The notes under the pieces: model-generated
Databases searched by the model: none
What the model saw: only the letters and a program-made list of their open reading frames with translations
Told to the model about the DNA's origin: nothing
Part shown: piece after piece, positions 1-12,322 of the stretch
Numbering within the stretch: the stretch's first letter is position 1
How the letters are laid out: each line of letters begins with the position of its first letter
Program-made: the position numbers and the translations under genes
Source of the DNA: Tetramitus jugosus
Lineage: Eukaryota > Protista > Heterolobosea
NCBI GenBank assembly: GCA_937625935.1
Contig: OW569361.1
Span: 62,001-126,000 of the forward strand
Direction: 5' to 3'
Length of the DNA: 64,000 nucleotides

Positions 1-69
1 CCTTTTAATCTTTCTTCATTTACTTAAAGCGGGTGAATCGTTTTGCATTGGCTGTCGAGTTGCAATCTA

Positions 70-1152
70 CTAAGCCAGTTCAGCAATCACCTGTTCCACG
101 GATACTTTCTTCACAAGACTGGAGAATGGCCCCGTTATGAGATGTTGTTGACTCGATGTGAGTGAGCTGTTGTGTGGTATTGATGCGCCGCGCAAGTGCG
201 AAGTCATACATTGACGCAGATGCGACGAAGTCACTTTGGCTGTCTCTATTTGTTTCAGAGGTCCGATACAGATACTAGCCACGTGATCTTCATCAATCAT
301 ACAGCTCTCAAATGTCCATCCGGGCAATATTCTTCCATCAAGTCTCAAGCACGGCTTGAAATCAACGAGACAGGCATCATTGCGCGATAGATCCTCGGTC
401 GAGTATTCAAACTGCATTCTCTGTAATTCAATTTCAACCCCCATTCCCGTTGCTTTCATAAACGACTCCTTCAACGTCCAATAGACAAAAAAGTTTTTCA
501 TGACTGCCTGTTGTATGCGTTGCGGTGCTCTGTCAACCAATTGAAGCAACTCGGTGTTACTCATTGTGGCATCATCATTACCAGAGTCACTCGCCTCTGC
601 TATTCTCATCTCTCTCAACGGCCGTAGAATCGTTCTCCACTCTGCAGCTGTGAAACAACTGTTCATTGTATCGAGATAGTCCTGATACGGATTCACAACA
701 TTTTTACTCAAGCGAAAATGCACCTTCTCCACATCCAATCCCAACACTCTCGCTTCATTCACATCACTGCTCCCACTAGACACATAACCAAACAAAACGA
801 TATCTCCACCATGCGATATATTAAAGTCAATCACTGTCGCTTCATGAACACTCATTGTAAGCTGATTACAACGACGAACGAGATAGGGCTTATTTTTCTC
901 CGTCCTCTGAAAAACAACTTGACTCAAATTCTGTAGCTCCAAGTGTTTCATAAGATAGTACCGCATGAACACGTGACCTAGGCAGCTTCTCTTGGCATCG
1001 ACACGAAACCGGAATCGATTCATTCTATCCAACTCTGATTTTGGCTCAACCAAAGACAATAATTGGCTCCATTCTTGCTCTGTTTCTTGATATTGTTCAA
1101 TATCAATAAATCCTATCCAGATTGTTGGTTCTGTTTGTTGATGAGAAGACAT
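70..1152 (-). CDS. AASDHPPT: Sfp/AASDHPPT-type 4'-phosphopantetheinyl transferase
   Basis: Motifs RTEKNKPYL, FNISHGG, LGLDVE and FFVYWTLKESFMKATGMG. The likely ATG is 1152 (MSSHQQ); the ORF track starts at an upstream non-ATG codon. Confidence 0.9.
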   Translation of the reverse strand: MSSHQQTEPTIWIGFIDIEQYQETEQEWSQLLSLVEPKSELDRMNRFRFRVDAKRSCLGHVFMRYYLMKHLELQNLSQVVFQRTEKNKPYLVRRCNQLTMSVHEATVIDFNISHGGDIVLFGYVSSGSSDVNEARVLGLDVEKVHFRLSKNVVNPYQDYLDTMNSCFTAAEWRTILRPLREMRIAEASDSGNDDATMSNTELLQLVDRAPQRIQQAVMKNFFVYWTLKESFMKATGMGVEIELQRMQFEYSTEDLSRNDACLVDFKPCLRLDGRILPGWTFESCMIDEDHVASICIGPLKQIETAKVTSSHLRQCMTSHLRGASIPHNSSLTSSQQHLITGPFSSLVKKVSVEQVIAELA

Positions 1153-1268
1153 GATTTCGTTGCTTGCAGAAAATTGTTTTTTCATGCGCCACAACAAGCT
1201 TCTTTCTTTTGAGATCAACAGCACAAAAAAGCTGTTGAGGAGACGTCATCACAAAGCACACAGCAATC

Positions 1269-1652
1269 ATGACATCATCACCCAACATCAAGAATCCATT
1301 CGAAGAAAGAAAGAAGAATGCGATTCATTCGGCCAATCATCTTCTGAGTGCCTGCGCCAGAGAGTACACCCAATTGGCTCATTTCTACATTCAAGAAAAG
1401 AGTGGTCAACAAGATTTGACTCATCTTCAAGAAAAGCTTCGCGTAGTGCTGAGTCTCAGTCACTGCATCACACTCAACTCAAAGTTGTGCGCAGCGCAAG
1501 CCAAGACCATTTCGCAGTGCTATGCAATGACTCTGCACTCGACACGACATGAATTTGAACAAATTCCCATTTCTACAGTGGAAAGTTGTCTACAAGGTGC
1601 AATGACGTGCTTGCAGACAACAGGAAATATTCAGAAACAACAGCAACATTAA
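1269..1652 (+). CDS. Small Cys-containing hypothetical protein (possibly CHCH-like)
   Basis: 127-aa ATG-TAA ORF divergent from the PPTase, with an A/C-rich leader and one Cx9C spacing. Family not recognised. Confidence 0.5.
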   Translation: MTSSPNIKNPFEERKKNAIHSANHLLSACAREYTQLAHFYIQEKSGQQDLTHLQEKLRVVLSLSHCITLNSKLCAAQAKTISQCYAMTLHSTRHEFEQIPISTVESCLQGAMTCLQTTGNIQKQQQH

Positions 1653-2068
1653 GTTGATGGTTGTATTCAAAACGCGAATCGGATCTACCGATTCCCCGCT
1701 GTGGAAATGACGTCATCATCGGAGTTTTTTGCTTCTACAATGCTCGTTGAATCAGGAACGAATAGTCAAAGCTTGCTAGGAGTGTATCACAGCCACTCTG
1801 TAATTCCTCAAGTTCAACAAACTGTTCAGATGGTAGTAGTCGTCGAAGAGCCTGCCAGCCACACTAGCTTCCAACCCTTCAAATTTTCCATTTTCCCTGC
1901 CGTGTCGCAAAAAAAAGCTCACAAACGAAAAACCTCAGCAACAAAATCAAAACAAATTATTGTGCGCCATTATTGATTGTGATCACACAAAAAGGAACCC
2001 AATATTTTTATTTGCATCAATAACAACAACCACCAATATTTAATTATCAAATAATCAAATAACAAAAA

Positions 2069-2802
2069 ATGTTTCTCGTCGATTGGTTTTATGGAATTTT
2101 AGGCATGCTTGGCCTGTACAACAAGTCTGGTAAGATTTTGTTCTTGGGATTGGATAATGCCGGTAAAACAACTCTGTTGCACATGTTGAAGAGTGAAAAG
2201 CTTGCTCAACACAATCCAACTCAACATCCAAGTATGTAGTCTATAGACACACACACACATGATAATAAGCAACAATCAATAGCTATTGTTACTGTTACTA
2301 TTGGTTGCTATTGCTTGAAATATTGTTTGAAAAAAAAAGCTAACAATTGCGTACTTTTTCATTGTACCATTTTCTGATCGATACAATAGACTCTGAGGAC
2401 TTGACAATGGGCAACTTGTCATTCAAGGCTGTTGACTTGGGTGGTCACGAATTGGCCAGAAAGCTATGGAGAGATTATTTTTGCGATGTGAGCGCCATTG
2501 TTTTTTTGGTTGACGTCGCTGATGCCAAGCGATTCCAAGAATCGCGCAAAGAACTCACCAGTCTATTGGCTGATGAACAATTGCAATCCATTCCATTCTT
2601 GATCCTCGGTAACAAGATTGACAAGTCTGGTGCAGTGTCAGAAGATGAACTCAAGGGATACTTGGGATTGCATGGCCTAACTACTGGAAAGGATGAGAGG
2701 AAAGCTGATGGAAGCTTCCGTCCACTCGAAGTTTTCATGTGCTCCATTATGAACAATCAGGGATATGGTCAAGGATTCCGTTGGTTAGCTAATTATTTCT
2801 AA
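2069..2802 (+). CDS. SAR1: Sar1 small GTPase (COPII); exons 2069-2231 and 2390-2802
   Basis: Exon 1 reads [41 protein letters not shown]. The GTATGT...TAG intron (2232-2389) joins in frame (HPNSEDL). DLGGH, GNKID and GYGQGFRWL motifs follow. Confidence 0.96.
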
Positions 2803-2811
2803 GATAGACAA

Positions 2812-2916
2812 TCACTCTCTCTCTCAGTGTATGTGCGTGTGCGTGTCTCTCTCTATTCTCTGTCTCCATCTGTGCGTTTCTTTTGTCTGTCTGCTGTCTG
2901 TGTGTAATCTTGTGTG
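2812..2916. repeat. Imperfect (CT)n/(GT)n/(TCTG)n microsatellite patch in the Sar1 3' region
   Basis: Directly visible: ctctctctctc, gtgtatgtgcgtgtgcgtgtctctctct, tgtctgtctgctgtctgtgtgt. Confidence 0.7.
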
Positions 2917-3255
2917 CATCTTCTTGATGTGTGAGGTTACAGAGCAACACTTTAGCACAACCAAAGAAACAACAACAATAATAATATTTTGATAAGGAAA
3001 AGCTCTGCAAACCAAGTGGTCAAGGAGCGATTCGAAACCGTGTGTAATCTATAAAGGAATTCCTCAAAAACTCCATCTTTTGCTTACATTATTCGGCTAC
3101 AATGAACTGTGTGTGCCGATGCGAATTTGCAGAAATGCAGCTTGATTGTCTTCTGGGGATCAAAGTTCTCCTCTCAAAGAACAACAAACCACACAACAAA
3201 AACAACAACAAGAATAACAAGCAGAAGAGAGACAAGAATCATCATCATCAATCAT

Positions 3256-4326
3256 ATGATTCCACAAACACTAGTTTCCCTCGTTCGACAACATTTGCTC
3301 CAACTGGAGAAGGAAAAGAATATATGCATCTTGTTTGCTGCCGATGCCGGTTCAAGGTCCTATGGTTGGTCCAGTCTGCACTCTGATTTTGACATTCACA
3401 TGATTTATTGTCATCATTCGAGTCATTACTTGACTATTCAACCCATTGATACCAATATTGAAATATCCAAGATTGTTTCCATTCCCAAGAGACATCTCCT
3501 GTTGTTGCAACAGAGACAAGAACAACAGCAGAAGCGCGGACATGAGACACAGGTGCAATGGAGTAAAGAGGATACTGTACTGGTGAAGCATCAAACAGAA
3601 GACGATTCTTACGAAGACAAGGACACAGAGTCAACCATGATTGAAATTGAGTTGAACATTGTTGGTTATGAACTAAAGAATTTCTTGGCCTTGTTTGGAA
3701 AATCGAATCCGGCCATGGTTCACATGCTACACACCCCAGTGCTCTATCATCATTATGTGAGGCAGCATGATACGTCGTTTGATTTTGCAAAGCAGGTACA
3801 AGAGTTGTGCCACCAGGATGTTTCTAGGCGCGTTATTGTTCAAAGTCTGTTGGATCTCGCTCGAAAGAATATTCAAAAGTATATCGTACGATTGAATGAG
3901 AGCAAGGAAGTGGCTCGTGGCACTAGTGCTGCTACGCCATCTGTTACTAGCGTTAGAGTCAAGGTTTATCTCTATTTGTTGCACCACTTGTTTTACATAG
4001 GTTACATTTATCGGAGGCACAAGCAATACAGGAATCAAACGCCGCTACCACCTTTGCAATTTGAACAATTGATGAATGACGCACCAGTATCTGATACAGT
4101 TCGAAACATTATTGCTCACTTGCTGAAGTTGAAGAGAGATTCAGTGGGAGGCGATGAGGTGTTTGTTCCACGTTATATTGAGCTCGAATTATTCATCTTC
4201 ATGACTTGGAAGGTGTACTATCGGTTCGCATTCAGTATGGATAGACACTTTATGAAGTTAGATCAATTAGATCAACTGTTTCGTCAATGTCTAAAGTTGA
4301 CAGATAGGGAGTTGATCGAGGAATAA
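3256..4326 (+). CDS. RlaP/YcgL-like Pol-beta-superfamily nucleotidyltransferase
   Basis: ILFAADAGSRSYGWSSLHSDFDI (GS..G....SDxD) and YELKNFLALFGKSNPAMVHML resemble the bacterial YcgL/RlaP family. Likely ATG at 3256. Confidence 0.8.
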   Translation: MIPQTLVSLVRQHLLQLEKEKNICILFAADAGSRSYGWSSLHSDFDIHMIYCHHSSHYLTIQPIDTNIEISKIVSIPKRHLLLLQQRQEQQQKRGHETQVQWSKEDTVLVKHQTEDDSYEDKDTESTMIEIELNIVGYELKNFLALFGKSNPAMVHMLHTPVLYHHYVRQHDTSFDFAKQVQELCHQDVSRRVIVQSLLDLARKNIQKYIVRLNESKEVARGTSAATPSVTSVRVKVYLYLLHHLFYIGYIYRRHKQYRNQTPLPPLQFEQLMNDAPVSDTVRNIIAHLLKLKRDSVGGDEVFVPRYIELELFIFMTWKVYYRFAFSMDRHFMKLDQLDQLFRQCLKLTDRELIEE

Positions 4327-4400
4327 AATAATACATAATACGATCCAATACAATACGAAATTTGCGAAAGAGTTTCCTTTATTGTTTTAAATTACAATAC

Positions 4401-6914
4401 TTATGGAGCCATCGTACGCTGCATCTTCTTCCTTCTCATTTGGTAAATGTCATTCTGGGTTCGAGGAGCACCGACACCGCCAACTATACCGTAGCGAGTG
4501 GAGGATTCTTCTTCCTCTTCATCGTCTTCAGATCTTTCTCTCTTCAAGTTCCGTGCAGGCATAGCAGCATCAACATCACCCATGTCAGGCAGTGGATTGT
4601 TTCTCAATGTAGCCATCACATACTCGATATCTGGGAGAGGTCCATGGTAAACTGGCATCATATTGAAAATGTTGGCAACCGCTTCTGGTAAGCCATCGCT
4701 GTTGACTATTCGGGACATTAGCTGACTCTCTGTTGGCGTAATCTTGAGCATTTTGCCTACGTCAGGTTTATAGAATTGATGCTTGAATTTGTTAATGGTT
4801 TGTCGTGCTTGCTCCTTCTCAATTCTTGAAGACCGCTTCAATCCTTGTTTTTGTTGCTGCTGAGCAGCAGTTGCTTGGTTCAATACCTTATCTGTTTCCA
4901 TTTCATCATCTACATCCATTGTTTCAATTTCTTGAGTAGTACAAGGCCACAGATCCATGAACTTAAATCGGTTGACAATATCGATATACTTCTTGTCTGG
5001 GACTTTGTAAGATTGTTGATCTTCGGATATGGCCTCCGACTTTGATGCTTCGACTTCATTGATGACATTCGGATCACCTTCACCGTACTCAAACTCGAGA
5101 TACTTGTTCCAAATTTCAAGACTCTTGTCCTTTGGCATCGATCCCAACACTTTCTTGAATAGAACACGAGTATTGTTACGATCGTTCATGTGCTCCAACA
5201 GTTTCAAGTATTGCAAGATGTAGGCAGGTTCGTTCATGAAGCTCGGATTCTTCAATCCTCTCTCAAACACCTTGACAGCAACTGGTGCATTGTCATTGAC
5301 TTGGAATTCCATGAGTGCAGATGCAACATAGACATGATAGGTGCACTTTTCATTCTTGATCGCCTGAATAAACACTTGTCTTGCTCGATCGACACCGAAT
5401 CGACGTCGAACAAACTTTTGATACTGAATCGTGACGATAGAGTCCTGTCTGTGCTTCATCAAATCCTCATAGATTTGCGCTGCCTTATCAAAATTCTTCT
5501 TTGTCTCCTCATAGTCCGCATAGGCAAAATGAATGAGAATATTGTCTGGGAGTGCCTTGACTGCTCGTTCAAACATGCGACTCGCTTCATCATGTGCCGA
5601 ATAGGATGCGAGATACATGGCCGCTTCATACCAAATCTCTGGATAGTGATAGAGACAGAGCAGTGCTTGTTCATAGGTGAACATGACTCTCTGACGCACC
5701 TCTTCAATACTCAATCGCTGTGTATTCCTCTTTTCAAACGCAATCAAATGTCTCCAAATCTTCTTTTGTTGTTCTTCCTTGTCGAGACCAGATGGTGGTC
5801 TGGCCAACATGTTCAACAACAAACCTTCGCGAATATTCTTCTTTTCCTTGTACTTTGTCCAAGCGAGCTTGTATCGGGGCATATTCTCTGACAACACTTG
5901 TTTGGCCATTGGTTTTGCAAACTCATTCTCAAACTGTTCATACTCGTGCCACACATTGTTCAAATCGTGCATTGGAATCATGAGAATCCGTTGATAAATA
6001 TCCCTAATGCTCTTCAGCTTGTTCTGATGATCAAACTGCATATTGTACTGCGATTTCTGCAGTTTCATATATCGAATGAGATTGCGCCAAATATCGGTCG
6101 AATTGACATCTTTTCCCACATGATCACAAGCGTACTTGTACGCACGAATCACCTCGTCCAAATCACCTTGATTAATTGCGGATTCGGGCATGCTTTGAAC
6201 ACTGATCGGATTCAAATTCTTTCTGCTTTCAATGTACTGCAAATAGCTCTTCCACAGCTCGACATTGAGACAGTTCATGAGACATTTGCGAAAAATGGTT
6301 TCTGCTCGCTTGGTATTGTTAAACTTTAGCTCGTGTTCTGCATAGAATTTCCAGTAGCGTCCAGCCGTGGGAAACACTTGAAAGAATCGTTCATAGTATG
6401 GTCGTGCATCTTCTATTCTCATCGAGTTGACCTCTGTCATCAAAATCTATCACACGTGTAGATATAACAACAATAACAATAAAAAAAAAAGCAAAATGAT
6501 TCACAACAAGATCAACAAAAAAAAATCAGAGAGTAGAGTTTTAACATGTGTTTTATGGTGGTGAAAGCTACAATAGTGAATAGGATTAGTAGAACTACGT
6601 ACAGTCCATGCTTCAGTGTCATACTTGTCCTTTTCGATTCGATCTTCTGCTTCTTCAATCTTTGTATTGTCTGTTTTGATACGAGTGTACACTGTTGTTG
6701 CTGCTGTGGTAGTAGAAGGTGGTGATGATGATGATGATGATAAAGCTTGAGCATCAGAAGGAGAAGAAGCACTCAAAGTGGCAGTGGTCGTGGTGTTGGA
6801 TGGTGATGCTGGCAGTGCACCAGGAGGAGAAATGTTGGGTGGTGGTAGGTTATGATAGGCAGGAGGCTCTTGTTTTATAATGGGTTGATTGTGATAATCA
6901 TTGTTTGATTGCAT
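4401..6914 (-). CDS. CSTF3: Cleavage stimulation factor 77 kDa subunit (Rna14/Suf, HAT repeats); exons 6914-6603 and 6446-4401
   Basis: The GTACGT...TAG intron (6602-6447) gives KYDTEAWT|ILMTEV. HAT repeats and the motifs FPTAGRYWKFY, HYPEIWYEAA, RFKFMDLWPC and DIYQMRRKK are present. Confidence 0.93.
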
Positions 6915-7182
6915 CCTTTCTATTATATATTTTATTGATTGGTTGATTGGTTGTTGCTCTGATTGGAGGAGATAAAGTCCACACACAAAATCCTCTCTCG
7001 CTTGGTTGTTGTTGGTTGTTTTTTTTTGCTGCGTAGTAATGAAAAAAATTGCACACAAATTGTTGTTCGCTGATTTGATGGAAGATCGCTCACCGCAGCA
7101 TAACGGGAAAAAAAAGAACTGCACGGTTGCTTTGGCAGTTCGTTCGTTTGTTTCAAGTCGAGTTTATTTGAAAGCAAGTGGC

Positions 7183-8763
7183 TTATGGTCTGCATCTGCC
7201 CATGTATCTTGGGTACAAACATGCTTGTCTGACACTTCTTAGTCCCAGCAACCACATCATGTATCTTTCCATACCTAGTCCGTAACCACCAGACTTTGAT
7301 GTACCGTACTTTCTTTGGTCGTGATACCAGTAGTATGGAGCAGAGTCAATCTTTTCTCTGGCATAGCCCTCCATCAACTCTTCATAGTTGTCCAGACGCA
7401 TGCTTCCTCCAATAACCTCACCAACACCTGGCAACAACAAGTCAACAGAGTCGGTCAATGATTTGTCTTCCTCGGACTTCTTCATGTAGAATGCCTTCAT
7501 GAATCCAGGGAATCTGCACATGAGCACAGGCTCACCAATCTTTGCCATCATGGCTCTCTCTGGTGCATCGGTAATATCTTCACCAAACTGATAAGGTTGT
7601 TCAGTCTCAGGGTTCAAGATACCGTTTTCGTTACAGAATTTGATACAGTCCTCATAGGTCATTCTCTTGAATGGCTTCTTGAACAAGAGTTGTTGAGCGT
7701 TAGGGTTAATCTTGAGCAACATGTCACCAGCCTTGTCGAACACACGTTGTGTCACATCGACAATCAAGTCTTCCATGGCGTCCAACAGATCGTCAAAGGA
7801 CAAGAATGGCATTTCAGCTTCCACATGGGTATACTCTGACAAATGTCTCAAGGTGTGAGATCTCTCAGCACGATAGGATTGAGCGATACAAAAGACATCA
7901 CCAAGTGCTGGACAGGCAGTTTCCAGGTACAATTGACTGGATTGAGTCAAGAATGCCTGTTCACCAAAGTAGTCCAACTTGAACAGTGTGCTACCACCTT
8001 CGACTTGAGTTTGGACCAATGTTGGTGGAGTAATTTCATAGTAACCCTTGTTGAAGTAATGGTCACGGAAGCAGCTCGTGATGACAGAACGCATCTTCAT
8101 AATAGCAGATGTGTGTTCACCTCTCATGGCCAAATGTCTCTGGTCAAAGAGAACATCAGGGTTGGCATCTTCGTTCAATGGGAACAGAGCAGGTGCCTTA
8201 CCGACCAAGTACCAGTAGTCAGCTTGCAATTCAAAGCCACCAACAGCTCTTTGATCAGCCTTGATGACACCATGCACGCAAATGGTTGCTTCCTTGTTCA
8301 ATTCTTGAAGTGCGTCCAATGATTCACACAAAATTCCGGTCAAAACAACTTGCAAGAATCCAGAACCATCTCTCAAGACAACAAAGATCAACTTCTTGGA
8401 TTGGGAACGAATGTTGTGGCACCAGCCAAACACCTTTACACGCTTGCCATCAAAGTCACTGCACTGTCTAATCTTGATCTTGGTTGCAGCTGGGAGGGAT
8501 GGATCTTCTTCAATCTTGATGGTTGCTGCTTGCTTGAGTCTCTCTTCAAGTGCCTTTCTTTCTCTCTCTTCCTTCTCAAGACGCTTCTTCTCTGCCTCAG
8601 CTTCCTTCTTCTTTATCTTGTCAAGCTTTTTGAGTTGCGCTTTTGAAATCTTCTTCTCACCACCTTCTTCAACTGAATCACCTTCAGTAGGTTGTTCAAC
8701 AGTTGTTGGAGTTGTGGTTGTTGTTTCTTCAACTGGTGGTTGTTGTTCTGTTGTCGTTGACAT
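7183..8763 (-). CDS. NARS1: Cytosolic asparaginyl-tRNA synthetase
   Basis: VLRDGSGFLQ OB-fold, QTQVEGGSTLF, LTQSSQLYLE, YRAERSHTLRHLSEYTHVEAE, GGYGLGMER and C-terminal YPRYMGRCRP. Likely ATG at 8763. Confidence 0.96.
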   Translation of the reverse strand: MSTTTEQQPPVEETTTTTPTTVEQPTEGDSVEEGGEKKISKAQLKKLDKIKKKEAEAEKKRLEKEERERKALEERLKQAATIKIEEDPSLPAATKIKIRQCSDFDGKRVKVFGWCHNIRSQSKKLIFVVLRDGSGFLQVVLTGILCESLDALQELNKEATICVHGVIKADQRAVGGFELQADYWYLVGKAPALFPLNEDANPDVLFDQRHLAMRGEHTSAIMKMRSVITSCFRDHYFNKGYYEITPPTLVQTQVEGGSTLFKLDYFGEQAFLTQSSQLYLETACPALGDVFCIAQSYRAERSHTLRHLSEYTHVEAEMPFLSFDDLLDAMEDLIVDVTQRVFDKAGDMLLKINPNAQQLLFKKPFKRMTYEDCIKFCNENGILNPETEQPYQFGEDITDAPERAMMAKIGEPVLMCRFPGFMKAFYMKKSEEDKSLTDSVDLLLPGVGEVIGGSMRLDNYEELMEGYAREKIDSAPYYWYHDQRKYGTSKSGGYGLGMERYMMWLLGLRSVRQACLYPRYMGRCRP

Positions 8764-8938
8764 TTCGCTTTGTTTTTTTGTTTTTCTTTGTTGATTTTTT
8801 GTGTGGATTTTTCGCTCACTGATTCCTTTTTCTCCTACTGTGTTGATTCCGCCCACACTTTACAAAACAGAAAACTCCTATGCATCAACCAAAAGCGAGT
8901 GCACTTGACAAAAACGAGCGGAATTCCCAGTGTAGCTC

Positions 8939-11900
8939 TTAGAGGGGCGGAAGTCGAGAGGAACCTGAGCTACTGCCCTTCATTGAGCCGCTACTGGAGT
9001 TATTGTTAGTTTTAGCCGCAAGGGGATTAATAAAACCCACGTTCTGTTGTCTTCCAAACATTTTTGTATAAGTGTCGTCCCTATTCTTAAGTTCTAACTT
9101 AAAGTATTTCATATCGTTCACTGCTTTTTGCAAAAGAGAATCCTTATCCGTAAGTTCTTTTTCAAGAGATCTAATTCGTTCGATATCCTCTGGTCGAGAC
9201 TCTCTGTTCTTGTACTTTAGTTCCCATTCCTCAATTCGTTTCTGGAGTTGATTTACAGTATCTTTCATACGAGACTGATTGCTTTCAAACTCTTCGTTGA
9301 GAGCTTGTGTCTCAGAGATGTGCTCTTCAATTAACTGACTGATTTGGGTCTTGTGATCTTTTGCGAGTGCTTTCTGTTTTCGCTTCGATTCCTCCAGTAA
9401 TTCCTTTCTCTGTTCAACAACTTCCTCACACTTCTTCTGATAACTCTCTGTCGATTGAGATAGTTCATTTTGAATCTTATCCCGATGAAGCTTTAGACTA
9501 GATATTTGTTCGTCTTTCTCTCGTGTGACAGAGTTCATCCTAGCAATTTCTTGCATTAACTCCAACCTTGATTGATTCATGTCTTCTTCCATACGCGACA
9601 CTACACTTTTATGTTTATCTTTGAGAATCTTAGTCCTCTCCTCATGTTCCTTGTTCTTAGTTTCCTCCATTCTTTTGATATCATTCTGCCTCTGCACTTC
9701 AAGCTCTTGTCTCATCATCCCCAATGTCGTTGCATGTTTCTCGAGTATCATTTGGATCTCTCTCTCGAAATTTTTCTCCATATCTCTTGTCTCTTGTGCG
9801 TGCATGCTTTCCTTTGACTCCAACAATTTTTCATGTTGTATTCTCATCTCTGTTATCTTCTTGTCGGCATCAGCTTTAAGATTAGTAATTGTTTCGACCA
9901 TTCTCTGATTATGATTCTCTATCATCTGGTGTTCTCTATGTATCCATTGGCTCTCTCCATTGGTCAATTTTTCGTTACCTTCTTGAATCTCCAACTCTTT
10001 TAACGTTAACAATTCTTTCAGTGACTTAATCTCGTCTTCTAATGATGAGATATGTCTCTTCCATAATATCTCTAGACTATTCCTCTCTTTCTCAGAGTTG
10101 GAGTTCAGAGTATGGATGATATCAGTCTTTTGTTTCTCAAAATCTGATTCCATCCGTTTCAGAGTATCCCGCATTCTTCCTTCCAATTCATCTCTCAATT
10201 CCTGTAATGCTTGATCCTTTGATGTCACAGCGTTTAACAAATCCTGATTCGCTTCTTCTACTAAACTCTTTATCCTTTTTTCTAATTCAAGGATCTGTTT
10301 CTCACCATCTTTCTTGTTGCTTTCGGTAGTTTGTAATTGAGATTGAAGATCGGCCAAGTGTCGTTGGAGAGAATCAATCTGTTTTTCGGAACTCTTCAAT
10401 TTCCCTTGAATTGAATCTAGTAACTCGTTGTGATCTCCCTTCATCTTTGTGGCTTCCTCCATCATCCGTGCCTTCTCATTCTGAAGGCTAGTAATTTTAG
10501 ATTTGAGTTCGTTGTTATCTTTCTGAGAATCAGCGTTAATCAGTTGTATCTCTTTCGTTACTTTATCATACTCCTCCTTTAAACTATCGTATCGGTCTTC
10601 CAGGGCTTTTGTTTGGACAAAATGGAGCTCTGACATTGCAACCTTCTGAGCTTTAGTTTCCTCGTTAACTTGTTCCATATGTGCTGAATGTTGTTCATTC
10701 AATAAAAGAATTGCTTCTTTTATTGATTGCTCATTTGTTGCTCTTACCTCGCTCAATATCCTGTCATGCTCCTTCTTCAAGTTTTCAATTTCAGACAAAT
10801 ACCTTTGGGTTTCTTCTGCAATTTTCGAATCCCTGTCTTGGATGATTGTGTCTATTTTGTGTTGAAGTTCTTGCTCAGAAGCCATTAATCTCTCCACTAT
10901 AGACTCAGATTCCCTAAGCTGGATTTCCAGTTGTGACAACGCATTTTTATCCGATGATGACTCACCGCTCAATCCCTTGAGTTGAGTTCTCAAATTGTCG
11001 ATCGTTATAGTTGCATCTTCGACTTTTTCTTGTAGATGATTACATTTATGCAACAGAACTTCCTCTGATGCAGTTTTTTCAGCGAGTTCTTTCTTTGTTT
11101 CGTTGATTTGTAACGTAACTTTTTCAATTACATCTTTTAGTTCTGACAATTGTTGGGAAAGTTCTTTGTTGCTACTTTTGAGTGAAACAGTTTCGGATAA
11201 TAGATGTTCAATACTCAAGTCTTTCTCACTTAACTCGTTATTTTTGGCTTCCAATTCAATCATTTGTTTTGATAGACGGGTGTTTAGCAAAGTTTCTAGG
11301 TCTTTCAATCTCTGAATCTCTTGCGTTAGATGTTGAAGTTGTGATGAAGTTTCAGCATGAGAACCTGTGAATTCTTTTTTCATTGTTTCGAGAGCAAGTT
11401 TTCTCTTTCTCTCCTCCTCCTCCAAGGCGATTATCAATTTGGAGTATTCCTCCTGACGGATAAGCTCTAATTTCCGTTCAAATTCTTCTTTCAATTTTCT
11501 TTCGGTTTCATCGTTCTCATTCATCATTTGATGTAACATATCATTGTATTTTTTGTTGTATTTCAATACTAACTCTTCTATCTCTTGCGCATGAGCATCT
11601 TTCAACTGATCACTCGTCTGATTACTCTTTTCTTCAATTTGTTTTGTGAGTAGAGCAAACTTGTTCATTTGAGCTTGAAACTCACCCTTGATCATGTTTA
11701 GTTCGTTTGTCAACTTTTGAATCTTCTCCTCTGCAAGTTGGTTCATGTTTAACTCCCTTAATTTCGTTTGACGTTTGAAGTTATCAAACTCCTCCAACGC
11801 TTTTTGCTTCTCTCGGTTGTGCTGCTCAGATAAACTCTATGTTCAATGAGTGAAAAACATAGTAAATGTCAGAGGTGTTTATCTATTATGAGTCAACTAA

Positions 11901-12206
11901 TGAACAATTTACCTTTATAGCTTCTTCTAGCTTACCATCATTTCTCTTCTTCTCTAACAAGTCCCGGAAATGATTGATTTTACGCGAAGTGTCCTGCAAA
12001 ATCTCTTCAATCTCACTTTCATAAGTATCTGTTAGATTCTTCAATTGAAACTCATGATCATCATTCTTCGTATTCAAATGATAGATCACCTTTGTTAACT
12101 GAGCAATCTTCTTACTCATTTTATGGTGGAAATCAGGGAAAGCACCATTACCGCCCCTTGGGCTATCATTCAGATCATCCAAGGGAGCAATATTCTTCTT
12201 GCTCAT
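8939..12206 (-). CDS. FAM184-like long coiled-coil protein; exons 12206-11913 and 11836-8939
   Basis: N-terminal KMSKKIAQLTKVIYHLNTKNDDHE and C-terminal RESRPEDIERI...YFKLELKNRD match FAM184. The GTAAAT...TAG intron joins in frame (EEAIK|SLSEQ). Confidence 0.85.
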
Positions 12207-12322
12207 GTCGAATGGGTACTCTTTTTGCACCTAAAACTGGCTTGTTTCTTTGGCGGAGGCGGAGAACACTTGGAAACTGTAGGAAAATTTGAGCGCGAAA
12301 GTCATATGACTTGAACTGCATT

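Noticed and set aside
1660-1980. 91-aa ORF or structured ncRNA upstream of Sar1
   Set aside because: No protein motif, and no convincing stems or snoRNA/snRNA boxes by eye.
5190-5891. 233-aa plus-strand ORF and many similar short track ORFs opposite long genes
   Set aside because: Antisense shadows of well-supported genes with no recognisable domains.
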